Assembly: GCA_964016885.1 (NCBI GenBank)
Contig: OZ024740.1
Span: forward strand, 52,576,001-52,640,000
Direction: 5' to 3'
Length of the DNA: 64,000 bases
Source: Eledone cirrhosa
Lineage: Eukaryota
The notes under the pieces are model-generated. The model saw only the letters and a list, made by a program, of their open reading frames with translations, was not told the DNA's origin and ran no database searches. Both the position numbers and the translations under genes were made by a program. Positions 39,620-54,300 of this stretch are shown piece by piece. Position 1 is the stretch's first letter; the number at the start of each line of letters is the position of its first letter.

Positions 39620-42150
39620 AAGGGCAAATGAGATGCACTAGACAGAGGAAATTATAGAGATATCAAGTTAATGGACCAGGTCATGTAAGTTACAGAAAGA
39701 GTTATTGCATAACTAATTTAGGATAGAATTAACAAAGACGAGATTTAGTTTGACTTTATGCCGGGTACAGGTACTATAGATGACCTCTTCCTTGTGAGAA
39801 ATATCTAACTAAGGAGAAATATCTAACTAAGAATAAGCCCCTCTACCTAGCGTTTGTTGATCTGGAAAAAGCTTTTGACAGTTCCCCACTTCAGAATCGT
39901 GGGCTCATAGGGGAAACTAGTGGTAGAGGAATAGCTAGTAAGGGTAGTACAAACCATGTACAGAGGTGCAGTAGTAAGGTAAGAGTCAACAATGAATATA
40001 TCGTGACGAATTTAGTGTGCAGGTGGGGTCCACCAAGGGTCTGCCTTCAGGCCTCTCCTGTTTATTTTTGTCTTTCAGACCATAACAAAGGAGCTTAAAA
40101 CTGATTGCTCATAGGAACTCTTATATGCCAATGATCTAGTCATCTTAGCTGAAGCTGCTGCAGAACAAGAACAAAAAAATTCTAAGCATGGAATCAAAAT
40201 GCTTCAGAGTCAACCTAGCAAAGACCAAAGTCCTGATAAATAAAAAAGAAAACAAGGCCCTGATTCCTTTAGGGAAATGGTCTTCACAGCCCCACCTTCA
40301 AATGAAAAGTGCTGGTAGTAATATGTTGTTCATGTGCTTTGCACAGGATCATGGTAAAATCGTTAATGCCAGATATAAAAACGGTAAAGTTTTAGTAAAT
40401 TTTAAATTTAATTTCATGTGTGCTTTGTGTTGATTTTTTGGGGGGATGGGGTGGGGGTGGGGGTTGTTTATTGCTATTAGTAAAACTTCCTGATTTTTTG
40501 GGGGGAGGGATTCTATATAGAATTGTAGAGTTGTCAGATAATATTAAATATATGGACTCTAGGGTGTTTGTTGGTGATCATGGTGGTGCTGAATTCTGCA
40601 AACATTAATTCTATTTCTTGCTGGAATTAGTTCTACTGAGTTTTTTAAAAGTCTATGTCTTCATTTATATGTGAGTGTGTTCTAATAATTGTGAGTTAGG
40701 AAATCATGTGTTATATATTTGTGGTAGCTAGCTGTATTCAATAGAAAGAAATGCTTGATGAGTAGTTGTACTTAGCTTGGTGAGATATTCAGGTGTGTTG
40801 GTGTATTGTTAAGGATGTAAAGGAAGTTTAGTTGTGATATTATTGTGACACTTCTAGTGTTGATGGGTTTATTTCTTACTATACAAATTTTTGTTGTCAT
40901 TGTCTTGTGTTATGTTCTTTGAGAACTAACTCTACAAATTGATTTTGATTACTTATAATTGCTTATAATTATGTTCACCCTGGCATATGCATGTATATAA
41001 TTAAATTACTACATTAGTTACCCACCTAAAATATGAGTCTTCATTCCTATGGAAAATTTCATTATTATCATTATAGGTACCTGTATTGTCTGCTGAATGG
41101 GCTAAATATCCTCAAATTTACCAGATTGAATAAAGAATATATACTCATGAATATATAGATTACAGTTACCTAAGTGATTGACAATCTACACAAGTGATAT
41201 TGACAGGACATGGCTGAAAATTAAGAGAAAATTGCGACAAAAACACGTATAGCACAGAATTATTCCAGTTATATTTATGTGGAGGTCTTGTTTCATGAAT
41301 ATTGATAAATTTACTGTGTCAATTTCTTCTATAGCGAAGAATTTAGTGTACAGGTTGGGGTCCATCATGACTCAGTTCTTAGCCCTCTCCTGTTTAAAGG
41401 AGTAGGTAGAAATTCCCTCTTATGTCCCAAATGCAAACTGTGGGTACACAAGAGAAGTAGTGGGGTCTCAGGCAGGCTACCAAAGAACGCAGGTTTTACA
41501 TGTGGTCAGTGCACAGGGGCAGTAAGTATCAAGAGCTCGCAGGATACAATCTCCTTAAAATGCCCAGAGAGCTCTGTAGAAGTAGTAGATTGTCTGTGTT
41601 ACCTGGGTGACCAAATTAACAGTGGAGGGGGGGGGGTGTTCCAAAAGCACAGTAGCAAGAGTGAGAACAGATTGAAGAAAGTTCAGGGAGTTACTACTGC
41701 TGCTAACTACAAAAGGTTTTTCCCTCAAAATGAAAGGCAGACTACATGGTGCATGTATACAAACAATGTTGCACGGTAGCGAGACCTGAGCACTGTGTGC
41801 AGAGGACCTGCAAAGATTAGAAAGAAATGAAGCTTCCATGCTTCGATGGATGTGCAATAATAATATACATGAATGGCAATGCATAAATGAACTGCATGAG
41901 AAATTAGGCATAAGAGAGATCAGATGCAGTGTGCAGAAGAGGAGATTGTGTTGGTATGGACATGTGTTACATGTGAAAGATGACAGCTGTATAAAAAGGT
42001 GCAGAACGCTAAAAGTCGATGGAGTGGGCAGGCCTAGGAGGACTTAGGATGAAGTGATAAAAGCTGACCCTGCAAAATTGCACCTCTCTAAGGTGATGAC
42101 ACAGGACCGTGATCTCTAGCACGTTGCAGTAATACAGAAGACTCGTCTTC
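39620..42150 (+). mobile_element. Degenerate RTE LINE fragments (39620-40285 and 41330-42150)
   Basis: PLYLAFVDLEKAFD, VNLAKTKVLI..GKW, LERNEASMLRWMCN..RRLCWYGHV..GRPRRT. Confidence 0.85.
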
Positions 42151-43384
42151 CCATATGCAGGAGCTGAAGCATACATCTAGTATGCACCACCTTCCCTCCC
42201 ATCTACCTCCCCGATCTTTTTTTCTTAACCTGTTTGTTACCCATCAGAAAATTAAATGTTTATCTTGATGCTTTGATGCATACATCTTTTTTATGTTATT
42301 TTACATAAATAGATAATAAGAGTGTATTCATTTAGTGTTTGGAAAAGAGTTGTTTTTGTCTGGTCCAAGGCAGCTCTGATCAAGCAGACCTGTAATCAAA
42401 GATATTCTAGCCATGATCACCCCGTCATTTTCCTCATGTGTAGGGAATCTAGGCCATGACATGGTAGTGTGTGATATGAGAAGGGTGTGATTGCTATTTC
42501 TAACAGGCTGAACAACCACAGAGTGGCTCCTTCACTGACTTTACTGATGTTTCAGGATCATTTTCCTTATCATATTTTGGAGTTATATTCCTGAGCTCAA
42601 TCAGAGCTTGAAGCAAGAACCATTATTTTATGAATGAGCCAGTTCTTTCTCTTCTACTTGCATATTGCCCTGGAGGATAGCAGGCCCAGTTCGAATACTA
42701 AAGGTTCTTGGTTCAATCCCTAGCTTAGCTCAGGAATATTGCCTGACGAGGATCAAAGAAAATGCCCATCGAAATGTATCAATAACATATTCAATATAAA
42801 GAAAACAATGCAAAAACAAACATAATCATCATCATCGTTTTTAGGTCCATTTTTCCTGGCTAACATGAGTTGGAGAAGACATTTTGGAAGCAATATTCTA
42901 TTTTGTTTTGTTTTATATTGGATATAAATAACCATCACCATTGGTGTTGTTAGTAGAAAGAATGTGGAGCAAGTGTTAAAAATGCAAATACTGCTGAAAT
43001 AGTAGCACTAAGTACTATTTGATTTTCAGAGTATTGATCCTTCTGACTATCAATCCAAACAAGCATTCCTTGTTTCAACAAAATAGGTGTGCATGACTTA
43101 TTGATATCAAACATAGCAATTTGATCTCAAGTTATCTGTATTGTTCTAATTCAGAGAATCGATTTTAATGAATGTTATGATGCAATAGCTTACACATTAT
43201 TTGCTTACAAAGCAAAACAAAGGTTGAGAATTGAAATGATGGCTAGTAAGAACTCTAAAGAACAATAAATAAATAAGTAAATAATAAAAAAAAAACCAGT
43301 AAAGTAAAAGAGCACTATAGTGAATCAATGCTAAGCGAGGTGGTATGTGCCAATTTACTATATGCATCTTTATCTTATATATAA

Positions 43385-44245
43385 TGTGGAGAACTGTGAG
43401 ACTGTGTCATATTTATTTTTTTAATCATGTTATTAAAATAAGTTGGATTACTATGAATAAATCATGAATGAATATTATGTAATTTATCTACTAAATTCCA
43501 TAGCTCTTGATTAAACATAAATAATCTTATATATAAAATGTATTGCTTACTTCAAGATTCATTTCTGTTAAAAATTTTAAATGTCAACTTCTGTTAGCGT
43601 TCATTATATCATTTTCATAACATTTCGCTGCCATTTAAATATAATTCATCTGTTTTAAATGTATCATGGATTACTTTACTGATTACAGAAGAAAGTGAAA
43701 CATAGTCTTCATTCAATTTTTGTGCTTATTGTCAATTACGATTTTATTCACAGTTGTGTAAATACTGTTACAAATGTAGTTTTATTTCATTGTTTTACAA
43801 ACATAAGAAAAAAAAAAGAAAATCATCATCATTTTACGTCCACTTTTCCCTGCTTGCAAGGGTGGGACAAGAGAAAGGAAAAAAAATAAAATGCACAAGT
43901 AGGTAGTACGCACATCTAGGACCACATACAACAAAAGGCAGGCAAAAGGGATGCTAGAACAAAAGATAACGATAATGCAAGGAGCACTGGCAAACCTCTA
44001 ATAAGTTTTGAGGCAAGTCAGAATGTTTACAGTGTTACCTTGGGTGATAGCAAGGCTGATGCACTGGAACAGCCAAGCACCCCCACGAGCATCACCAGTT
44101 ACCTCGGTTAGGTGAGCTGCCAGTGAAGACAATTTACTTTTCAATTTATGTATCACATCTATATGCATATGTATTTGCGTGTAATATCAATATGTACACT
44201 AAATATGCTAGCAGAAAACCACCCGCAGGGTGGTTTTTCTGTTAG
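43385..44245 (+). mobile_element. Helitron-like copy 3, older, interrupted by a CRE 3' fragment
   Basis: Similar to 34520-34970; ends AGAAAACCACCCGCAGGGTGGTTTTTCTGTTAGT. Confidence 0.65.
43880..44126 (-). mobile_element. CRE-like retrotransposon 3' fragment
   Basis: LAAHLTEVTGDARGGAWLFQCISLAITQGNTVNIL; paralogous to 31600-31795. Confidence 0.75.
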
Positions 44246-44631
44246 TATAAATAATTGTTTCTACTTTTGGCACAAGGCCAGCAATTATCCCAGTGCATTA
44301 CTAGTACTTTATTTTATCGACCCTGTAAGGATGAAAGGCAAAGTTAACCTCGGCAGGATTTGAACTCCGATCAAAAAGGGGCGTAACTCTGTGCTGCAAA
44401 AGCATGTTGTCCGACCCTCTAACGATACTGCCAAATAAATAATGTTCAAAGCAAGTAATGATATCCTGTATAAATAATACATCCTGTAGCATAGCAGTTC
44501 AAGGAGTGGCATAAACCATACTTATAAATACAGTATGGCTTGGAGTAAGGAAAGGAATCCAGCTGCAGAAAACCATGCTAGCATGGAAAAACAGACATAA
44601 AAACAAGAATGATGAAATGTGTAAGTGTGTG

Positions 44632-44720
<89 letters not shown>

Positions 44721-45163
44721 TAAATGTGGTTGGCATTAGGAAGGCATCCAGCCATAGAAATCGAGCCAGAAACAATTCTGCATGAGCAAGACATGGTCAC
44801 CTGACCTGACTTGTCTCAAATGGAACATCTCATCTAAACCATGCTAGCATGGAAAAATGGATGTTAAATGGTGTTGATGATGATGATATACATATATCAT
44901 CATCACCTCCATTTAACGTCTGTTTTCTCTGCTAGGAGGGGTTGGATGAATCATCACAGATCACGTCAGTATTAACGCAGAGCAACAGACCAGGGGCCTC
45001 GCATGTCACATATATTTCCCCATTCTCCCAAGTGCATATTATCCTAGCATCAACACTAGAGATGTTATCGTTTTTTTTTTTGTTTTTGTTTTTTTGACAA
45101 CTGAAGGAGGGCCCTCCTGACTCTTTGTTTGGCAAGTTTTCTAAAGCTGAATACCCTTCCTAT

Positions 45164-45245
<82 letters not shown>

Positions 45246-45269
45246 TATATGTGTGTGTGTGATATATAT

Positions 45270-45520
45270 GATAATAAGGACGCTGCGGAGTTGCAAATGG
45301 GTTACATATGAAAAAAGTGTGTCCTTCATCAGTGGTCTTCCAACCATCATAGGCATTTCATCGCTTTAAAGACCATATACCTCCGGTTGGTGCGAGCAAC
45401 GGCTAAAAAAAGTCGTTGGGACACGTAAATAAAGGGGACGCGAGGGTAAACAAACAAAATGGTGAAGCAACAGAAAGTGATGAAGAAAGAGACAAGTCCC
45501 AGATTTCTATGAATTTAAAT
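45270..45520 (-). mobile_element. Diverged third copy of the 10490/11236 repeat
   Basis: Reverse complement aligns along its whole length; (TA)n flanks. Confidence 0.85.
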
Positions 45521-45532
45521 TCGATATATATA

Positions 45533-48500
45533 TCTGTATATATATAAAAATGTAGTTTTCTGTATGTTTGTGTGTGTGGACAATTTTTAATGAGGGCTCA
45601 TATATTCTAAACCATTCATGCGATTTCTTTGAAATTTTTTACAGAGTTTCTCCTTGCACAAAACTTGTACATGATCTACAAAGGCTTTCAAAAATCGATA
45701 TTGGGGCCTTTGGAGACATTAAAAAAGTTTCGGTTTTTTGTGTCAATTTTCGTGATTAAGTAAGACAAGAGTTATCTTTCGTCAATATTTCTTGATTAAG
45801 TAAGATAAGAGTTATCTTTCGTCAATACAATAGGAACTCATTTTTGATGTTGTCGAAAATTTTGTTTGGGGATTTTGATTATTACAATTCGGCTCATTCG
45901 GATTTTACTTTACTCTTTGTACTTGAAACAAAAGGTTTTACTGTTGTCAAAAAAATTTATACCTAGACTGGATTTCTGTTGTTACATGTGAAAAGTGCAA
46001 ACGATTTCCTTGAGCTAGTGCTGGACTCAAACTGGTCACAAGTAGTCACCTCTCCAACAAGAGGTGACAACACTTTGGACCTGATCTTCACCACTACTCC
46101 TGAAGTGGTTATAAGTTGTACTACTGAGGAACCTCTAGGCGACTCTGATCATGCTATGATCATTGCCAATCTGGCTCTTGCGGACAGCAACAAAAACCAG
46201 AACCATCTCCAGTCTGCTTGCTTTGATTGGAAGAAAGCAGATTGGAATTTGTACTGCACTGAGCTACAGCGCCCAAACTGGCATGAGTTCTATAACTCTG
46301 GAGATGTGAACACTATACTCCAGAGCATCCTGGATTCAATATAGATAGCGTGTGCAGCATCGGTGGCACGTAAGCAGAAAAAAACCCACCCCAAAAGTGC
46401 AATTTGGGAAACTTCAGCGGTCCGACTTGCCAGGAAAGAACGTCGGAACACTGAACGGGAATATAAACTGCATAAATCAGATGCCAACAGAAAAAAGCGG
46501 AATAAATCTTCCAACCATCTCAAGCAAGTGACAAAAAAGGCAATGCTTGAATTTGAACAGTGCATAGCAACCAATCCTGACAGTAAAGTGTTCTGGAAAT
46601 ATGTTCATTCAAAGCAGAGACCTCACTCTCCAGTTGGTCCTCTTCGCAATCCCCACATAAACCAGATCACTGACGATCCTAAATAATGCGCAGAACTCAT
46701 TGCTGAGTGCTATGCAAGCATTTTTACTGTTGAAAACCAGAATGTACCATCTCCACCATCAAATTCCATAACAACTGTCGAATTTACACCTGTTATGTTG
46801 CGACGTCACCTTAAGAATAAGCGCAACTATGCCTCCCCTGGTCTTGATGGTGTTACATATCTGCTTTTCAAACGTGGCGGGTACTTCTTTTTGCATCAGC
46901 TTTCCTTCTTCTTTCAATACTGTCTCAACAATGGTGCTACTCCGGGGCAGTGGAAAACTGCCAGTGTCATTCCCCTGTTTAAAAAGGGCGACCGCACATC
47001 ACCTGTCAACTATCGTCCAGTCAGTCTTACTAGTTATATTGCCAAACTGATGGAATCCTGTGTCTGAGAAACACTTTGGAACTTCTGGAGCTCTCACAGC
47101 CTCATCTGGCCCTCCAGCTGCTGTGATCAGCTTATCGAGTTCCTTGAAGACATTACCCGGATCACTGACAGCGGCTCATGGGTGAATATTGTTTACCTTT
47201 ACTTCGCTAAGGCTTTTAATTCTGTGCCTCACAAAAGACTTATGGCGAAACTCTCTGCAATCGGTGTGAGGGATGATCTTTTTAACTGGTTGAAATCCTT
47301 CATTCTCAGCCGAAAAGCGGTAGTCACGGTTCTAGGACAGCATTCTTCACCATATGAGATGTCATCTGGTGTACCACAAGGATCTGTTCTTGGTCCCCTT
47401 TTGTTTGTGGCATATATTAATGACATAGATGCCAACTTAAAGAATGCCACGGTACTGAAATATGCAGATGACATCAAGCTGTACCTTGAAATCAAAAGGA
47501 CTGATCCTGAAATCTACAACTCTTTCCTACAATCAGACCTGGACACAATGCAGCAATGGATCACAGACTGGCAACTGAAGCTGGCTGTGGACAAGTGTAC
47601 TACCATGCATTTTGGGAGGAGAAATCCAGTGTCCACATACTCCCCCCACAACACTGATATCAAGAAGTCCTCTTGTGAACGTGACCTGGGCATTACTGTC
47701 AGCAGCGATTTGCGTTGGACAAAGCATGTCTCTAAGATAGTCAAAAAGGCCGAAGGTGTTTTGGCATCACTCAGCAAGACCTTTGTTAGCCGCTCTGCAG
47801 CCATCTATTTAAAGCTGTATACAGCTATGGTACGACCACACTTGGAATTCGCATCATCAGTCTGGAACCCCTATCTTGCTCAGAACATTGACCTCCTGGA
47901 AACTGTTCAGAGACGTGCAACCAAGCACATACCCTCCATCAGACACCTATCAAACTCTGAACGCCTTACTTCCCTGGGCATGGATTCATTGAAGCTCCGA
48001 TGTCTGGCAATGGACTTGGTAAACACCCACAAAGTTATTAACCATCTCGCCAACAACAATCCCAAGCACTTTTTTTATCTCCATGTGTCTAACACACGTG
48101 GACATGCCTACAAAGTCAGAAAACAGCACAGCTCCCATGACTTTCGGAAACATTTTTTCAAGCTTAGAGTTGCTGAAGCATGGAACAAACTGCCTGCGTC
48201 AGTTGTTAGCTGTCGAGACACTGCATCCTTTAAAACCCTCATGCTTCCCGAAATTCGCCAAAACTACACTTGATGTACCCCTTCCATACACATGCACACA
48301 TGTATATATCATGACTCATGCACTGTTCATTTTCCTGACGTTTGTGCATTACCCTATGTACTATACATACACTTTTTGATGAGTTGTAGTGCACCTGAGC
48401 ACTGTACACAATATTTTCATTATTATTATTATTATAACGGATGACACCGAGCTCACATATTAATTATTTCGCTGGAATTGTGCCTTAGGTTTTCATGTTT

Positions 48501-48604
48501 ACATAAAGTACGTTTTTCTTCTATGTATTCAAATTTACTTTGTTTAGTTTAATGAGCTACATCTAAAGCTACTTGAACCGTCCAAAGGACGGGTACTTTA
48601 GCTA

Positions 48605-48605
<1 letters not shown>
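45533..48605 (+). mobile_element. Non-autonomous Helitron with nested CR1-like LINE
   Basis: 5' A|TCTGTATATATATAAAAATG; 3' hairpin CCGTCC-AAA-GGACGG then CTAG|T at 48602-48606. Confidence 0.72.
45979..48436 (+). mobile_element. CR1-like LINE, 5'-truncated, with stops and a deletion
   Basis: EN end PTRGDNTLDLIFT..SDHAMI; RT SPGLDG, NYRPVSLTS, SGVPQGSVLGPLLF, KYADDIKLY, ERDLG, RPHLEFASSVWNP, TRGH..FF..RV..WNKLP; (ATT)n tail. Confidence 0.95.
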
Positions 48606-48649
<44 letters not shown>

Positions 48650-48744
48650 AAATTTAAATTAAATTAAGGGTGTCATGTCAGAGAGACATGCACCATATCC
48701 ACTCTAAAATATGCTCCAAGATTCCAATGAATAGATCCAAGCAT

Positions 48745-49497
<753 letters not shown>

Positions 49498-51388
49498 TAT
49501 ATATATATATGATGGCTGTGAAGTATATCTACATTTGGGTTTTCCACCCAATATGTCTCTTTGAAGTCTCTGCACCTATACTTTTTGATCCCCTCTCATC
49601 TTCTTTACTCACACTCACTATCTCTTATATTCATCATACTGCCCATGTAATCAGGGATGTCATTGGAGCTGCCTAATCCTCTTCTTCCCATCAGATTCTC
49701 CTATTCACTGCACCATGCTGTCCATGTAACTAAAAATGTCTTTAGTTCTGTCTATTCAATCCCATCCCTGCTGCCACTAAACTCACCAGTCTATTTCATT
49801 CCCTACCCACTATTATGATGATTACATATGATCATATTGCATTAGATCTGTATATATCCCATACATCCTACCATCATCTTCTCTGTGCAACCAACCATCA
49901 TTCCCTCTCACAAAGACAACTTCACATTATCATCCATCACTCCTTCCAACCACTCATCACGTTCTCTCTATCTCCAGCAAACATGCATTACTATCTCAAC
50001 ATTGCATCTCCGTTATACTCTCAGTCCCTTATCTCATTAGTCTCCTTTCTATTACTCCCACCAATACTGCCTCTCTCTCTCATGTCTCTGTCTTCCCTCA
50101 CTCCATTGTCTCTCTCATCATACTCCTGCATACCTCATTTATTTTCTCTAGGCCGTCTTCTGTCATTACTCTTTCTGCTATCACCTCTTGGTCATGGAAA
50201 TCCTTTGCAGCATGTTCGGAAGTAAAATTAGCTGGTAGCACACGAAACCCCGAGGGTAAAAGAAATGGTAAAAAAAACCAGGGCGGGGTGGCAGTTCTCT
50301 GCTGGTCCCCCTCCCCTTTTCGGGGAAAAAGTTCTTTGCGGCATATTAGGAGATAAGTTTAATTGAGAACACAAGAAAAAAAAAACGAAGAAAAACAAAA
50401 TCATTATTTCCCACTGAAATCGGTGGAGATGTTTTCCTATAATAATACCAAAGTTCCTTCTAAAGTTGACGGAATTTCAGATAAATTCCTAATTTCCAAG
50501 TACAAGCTTTCCTTACTTATCTCCTGTCTGTTGAATGCTTTTCAATTTTCACGTAAAATAGATGTTTGTGGGTTTAACATCGTGATAAACGTCGACAGCC
50601 TTCCCGATATCTTCCTGAGTGTTTGTGCATAATATATATATAGATGTGAGTTGTGTCCCTTTCCATAAAAAAAATAACACTTGCCAGACAACCTACAGGA
50701 GTCGGTTGATATACCATATTTGGCGGCTGAAAAGGTACCTCAGTTTTGTCGAGTCTTTCGTTGAAACACCAGTTTCCATTAACTCAAACATCGAGCTTTT
50801 GTTTATAAAACAGACTGGTTTTCTAAAACATTTTCGGGCGAAGAAAAATGCATCTATTAAGCTGTCAAACACGGTAATCGACTATAAATCTCTCTCTCTC
50901 TATATATATAAAATATTATGTATTTTTTTACCTAAACATCGTGTGGTTTTTTTTCTCTAAGACAGCTACTTCATATCAAAACGATATTTTGGGTTGTGTT
51001 GAATAAATTATTAAAACACAATAGAATAGTAACTTTAATTTTATTTTGTATAGTGAATTATTTGAATTGATATTCTAATATTTGAACTTAATACTTGCAA
51101 GGCAGACAGGTGATATGCTATCATGAAGGTAACGAATTTAAATGACATTCCAATTTCTATAGTGAAACGACAGTTGTATAATTATGAAGGGGAATTTAAC
51201 AACAGTTATTTTATACGAACAAAATAAAAGAACCTGCAATTAGATTTCAATAAGATTATTAATGAAAAGCTATGTTTTTGTTTTACAACGGAAAACATTT
51301 TCTACGAAACTAACACTTTCGTCGGAGTATAGGTTTCGTATAAAGTCTGTGTGTTCCCCCTCTCCCTCGTTGTTTTATTACTATCACA

Positions 51389-54300
51389 ATGTCACGCCGC
51401 CGGGGACCAAGTCCTAAAATGATAAGCACTGATATTGTTGAAGACGAAAAAATTAGGCATGAGATTTGGACATTTTCTGATCTCTTTCAACAAACTTCCA
51501 CAAATGATAAAGCAATTGCGTGGTTAGCGAAATATAAGCTTATAAGCAATTCTGTTACATGCCCCACTTGTGGGAACCCATGTACAGTTAACGGATACAA
51601 GAAAGGTATTGATGGAAAACGATGGAGATGCCCTAAACATAACTATTGTCGGTCAATCCGCAAGGGATCATTTTTCGAGAATAGCCGTCTGTCGCTGACA
51701 ACATTCATATGGCTTATGTATATGTGGTCAAGAGAATATTTTCATTCTGAGATAGCTCATGAGACAAACGTCAGTAAAAAGTCAACGATTGATCTCTTTT
51801 GTCTCATCCGGGAATTACTGGAACGTTTCCTGGAAGACCACCCGACTGAATTAGGACTCGACCCTCCTGAGATTGGAGGGTTCGATTTACAGACAGGTGA
51901 ACCAAAAGTCGTTGTAATAGACGCAACCACAAATTTCAAATCTACACCCCATGAAAAAAAGCAAATGAAAAGATTCTGTGTTTTTGGTGGAATTGAACAT
52001 GAATCTGAGAAATGTTTTCTGGTCCCTATTGAGCATCAAAATAAAGACGCTTTCGAAGCTGCAATTATCCGGTGGATTTTACCAGGTATAGTTAATAAAA
52101 TCCGTAACTTTCTTTTATCTGTAGCGTCTTCAGTCTATTTTCTTTAAATTCAACTTTACGAGCACCTTCCTTTATTTCTCTTTTTTTCCCCACTTTCTTC
52201 CATATTTCAATTGAGATTATAGTGTCTCTACGCTACATTTTCATATTTGTAGCTCTGTGTCTGAGTTAGAACCCAGTGTTGGCGAAACTTCCACTATTGG
52301 CAATAAAAACATGTTTACTCTAAGTCCCTCATCGGTGTTTTCAAAATATTTGGTTAATCTCATTTTAATTTTCATATGCATCGAACACAAATGAGGAAAC
52401 AAATCAAAACAAATAGTTGACAGTTCGATTGATTTCAATTTTGGTGCCTGTGTTAAAAATATGTCATGCACAATGCAACTACAGCTTTCCAACCGAAACC
52501 CTATCACTAACCAATAATATGTAGAATAAATTGACCGAAATTCATAGTATATTGATATATACGCTTTAGTGCATGCATAAAACCTAAATTTAATCTATTT
52601 GTTTTGAAAATTTTCTATTTCAGACCTTAAAGCCCGGGGTTTCCGAATTTTTCGTTTATTGCACTTAAATGTTGTTTACTGCAGTGAATCAACAACAAGC
52701 ACGTGTAGAATATCATACTACATATAAATTCGTTATTTCAAGTATTAGTAGAAAATTTGCTCAACCCCAGCTTTGGTTGTTTGCTGGTATTTCAACAGTA
52801 AGTAAACGTAGTGATGAGTCCAAAATATCCAAAATATATTTCCAAGACAAAAGTTGAAGTTTAGCATCTGTCCTTAATTGATTTTCAGAAGTTGAAAAAA
52901 TAAAACAATAGTTAAAGGAAATAAATTTGCCCCCCCCCCCCCCCCCCCGCGTACTTTTTAATATTGTTATCATTAATAAACAGAAATATGGTGACATCTG
53001 TGCTACTAAAATGATTAAAATAATATTAGTCATTAAACTACTGTTGTATTTTCCTCCCATATAAGTATTTCTAATTAAATTTTAAGAAATATAATTTAAT
53101 CTAAAGTACATAATTTGTGTGTGAAGAGGAATGCAAAAGTTGTTTTTGAAACTGAATTGTTTGAAATACAGGTATGATTTTGAAGACGAAAGATTATTTT
53201 ACAAAATAAAAATAAACTTTCAACAAGCATGAGACAGCTAATTAAAGTTTAAGTATCTGAGAAAACTTGTTAGTATAATGTAATTTTTCAGTAATTTCAG
53301 TAATTTTTGAGATGAGTATTTTTAAAAATAATATGCATGTATGTAATATATGAAGCATGCATCAGTGGCCTAATGGATGAGAATGTTACAGGCCTTCTGT
53401 GTTATGGCTTAGTTAAAAAAAGGAAGGGGGATATCTATGACTATTTTCAGGACCATCAAAATTAGTAGGAGGAATGAAGTAAGTTATCATCAGACCAGAG
53501 ACCAGACCCGGATGATTGCAACAGAGTGGATTCTATTAAAAGCACACTTGGACCAGGTCATTTCACTTTATTTTCTTCTTGACCCTTTGGAGTCATGGTA
53601 GCATAGTTTATCCAGCATTACTTGGGCAAATACAGCCTTCCAGAGCCTTTCCCTCTCCTGGCTTCATGGGCCAGATAGTGGAGTTAAACCAGGCGACAGA
53701 GATAGTTTACTATATAAAACGGGACAATTTCTCCAACATGCTACATATTACTTCTGTCTACCAAATTTCACTCACAATGTTGTGGTCAGTCTGTGGTTAT
53801 TTTTCTCTCTGAAGATGATATCAACGGTTTGTAAAATAATACTTGTTTCTACTTTAGGCACAAGGCCAGCAATTACCCAGTGCATTACTGGTACTTTATT
53901 TTATCGACCCCGTAAGGATGAAAGGCAAAGTCAACCTCGGCGGGATTAATACTACCAGATATCTAGTAGTAAAATCGTTTTTGTGTATGTATTGTACAAT
54001 AGGACCTACCCTTATTTAGTAATTCAATTTTGGAGGATTTGCTTTGACCACCCTGTCATTTTTTTTTTTTTTTTTTTTTTTGCATACTGTATTCATTTGC
54101 ATCTGAAATATATTATAAAACAAATTAGAGAGCTTCTATGGGGCCTCAACATGCTGGAGATAGCAAATCACCATTTGACACCCAACTGTTTAAAAAAAAA
54201 ATACAAATACATTGGATGAGGTTGTCCTAGATTTCCAAAATGACAAAGGAGTCACAACTGAAACACCTTTGATAATTCTATAAAAAAAAGTTGAGCCATA

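Noticed and set aside
42735-42790. Hammerhead CTGACGA-GGAT..ATC-GAAA-TGTA-TC
   Set aside because: Core-like, but stem I is out of register and there is a single copy; at best a decayed PLE remnant.
50230-51100. Transposon end/TIR for the 51389 gene
   Set aside because: No matching inverted end recognised downstream of exon 2 or around paralogue 2.
52086-52147. C-terminal tails of the 252-aa and 262-aa ORFs (also 60319-60410)
   Set aside because: Intron read-through past the GT donor; not conserved between paralogues.
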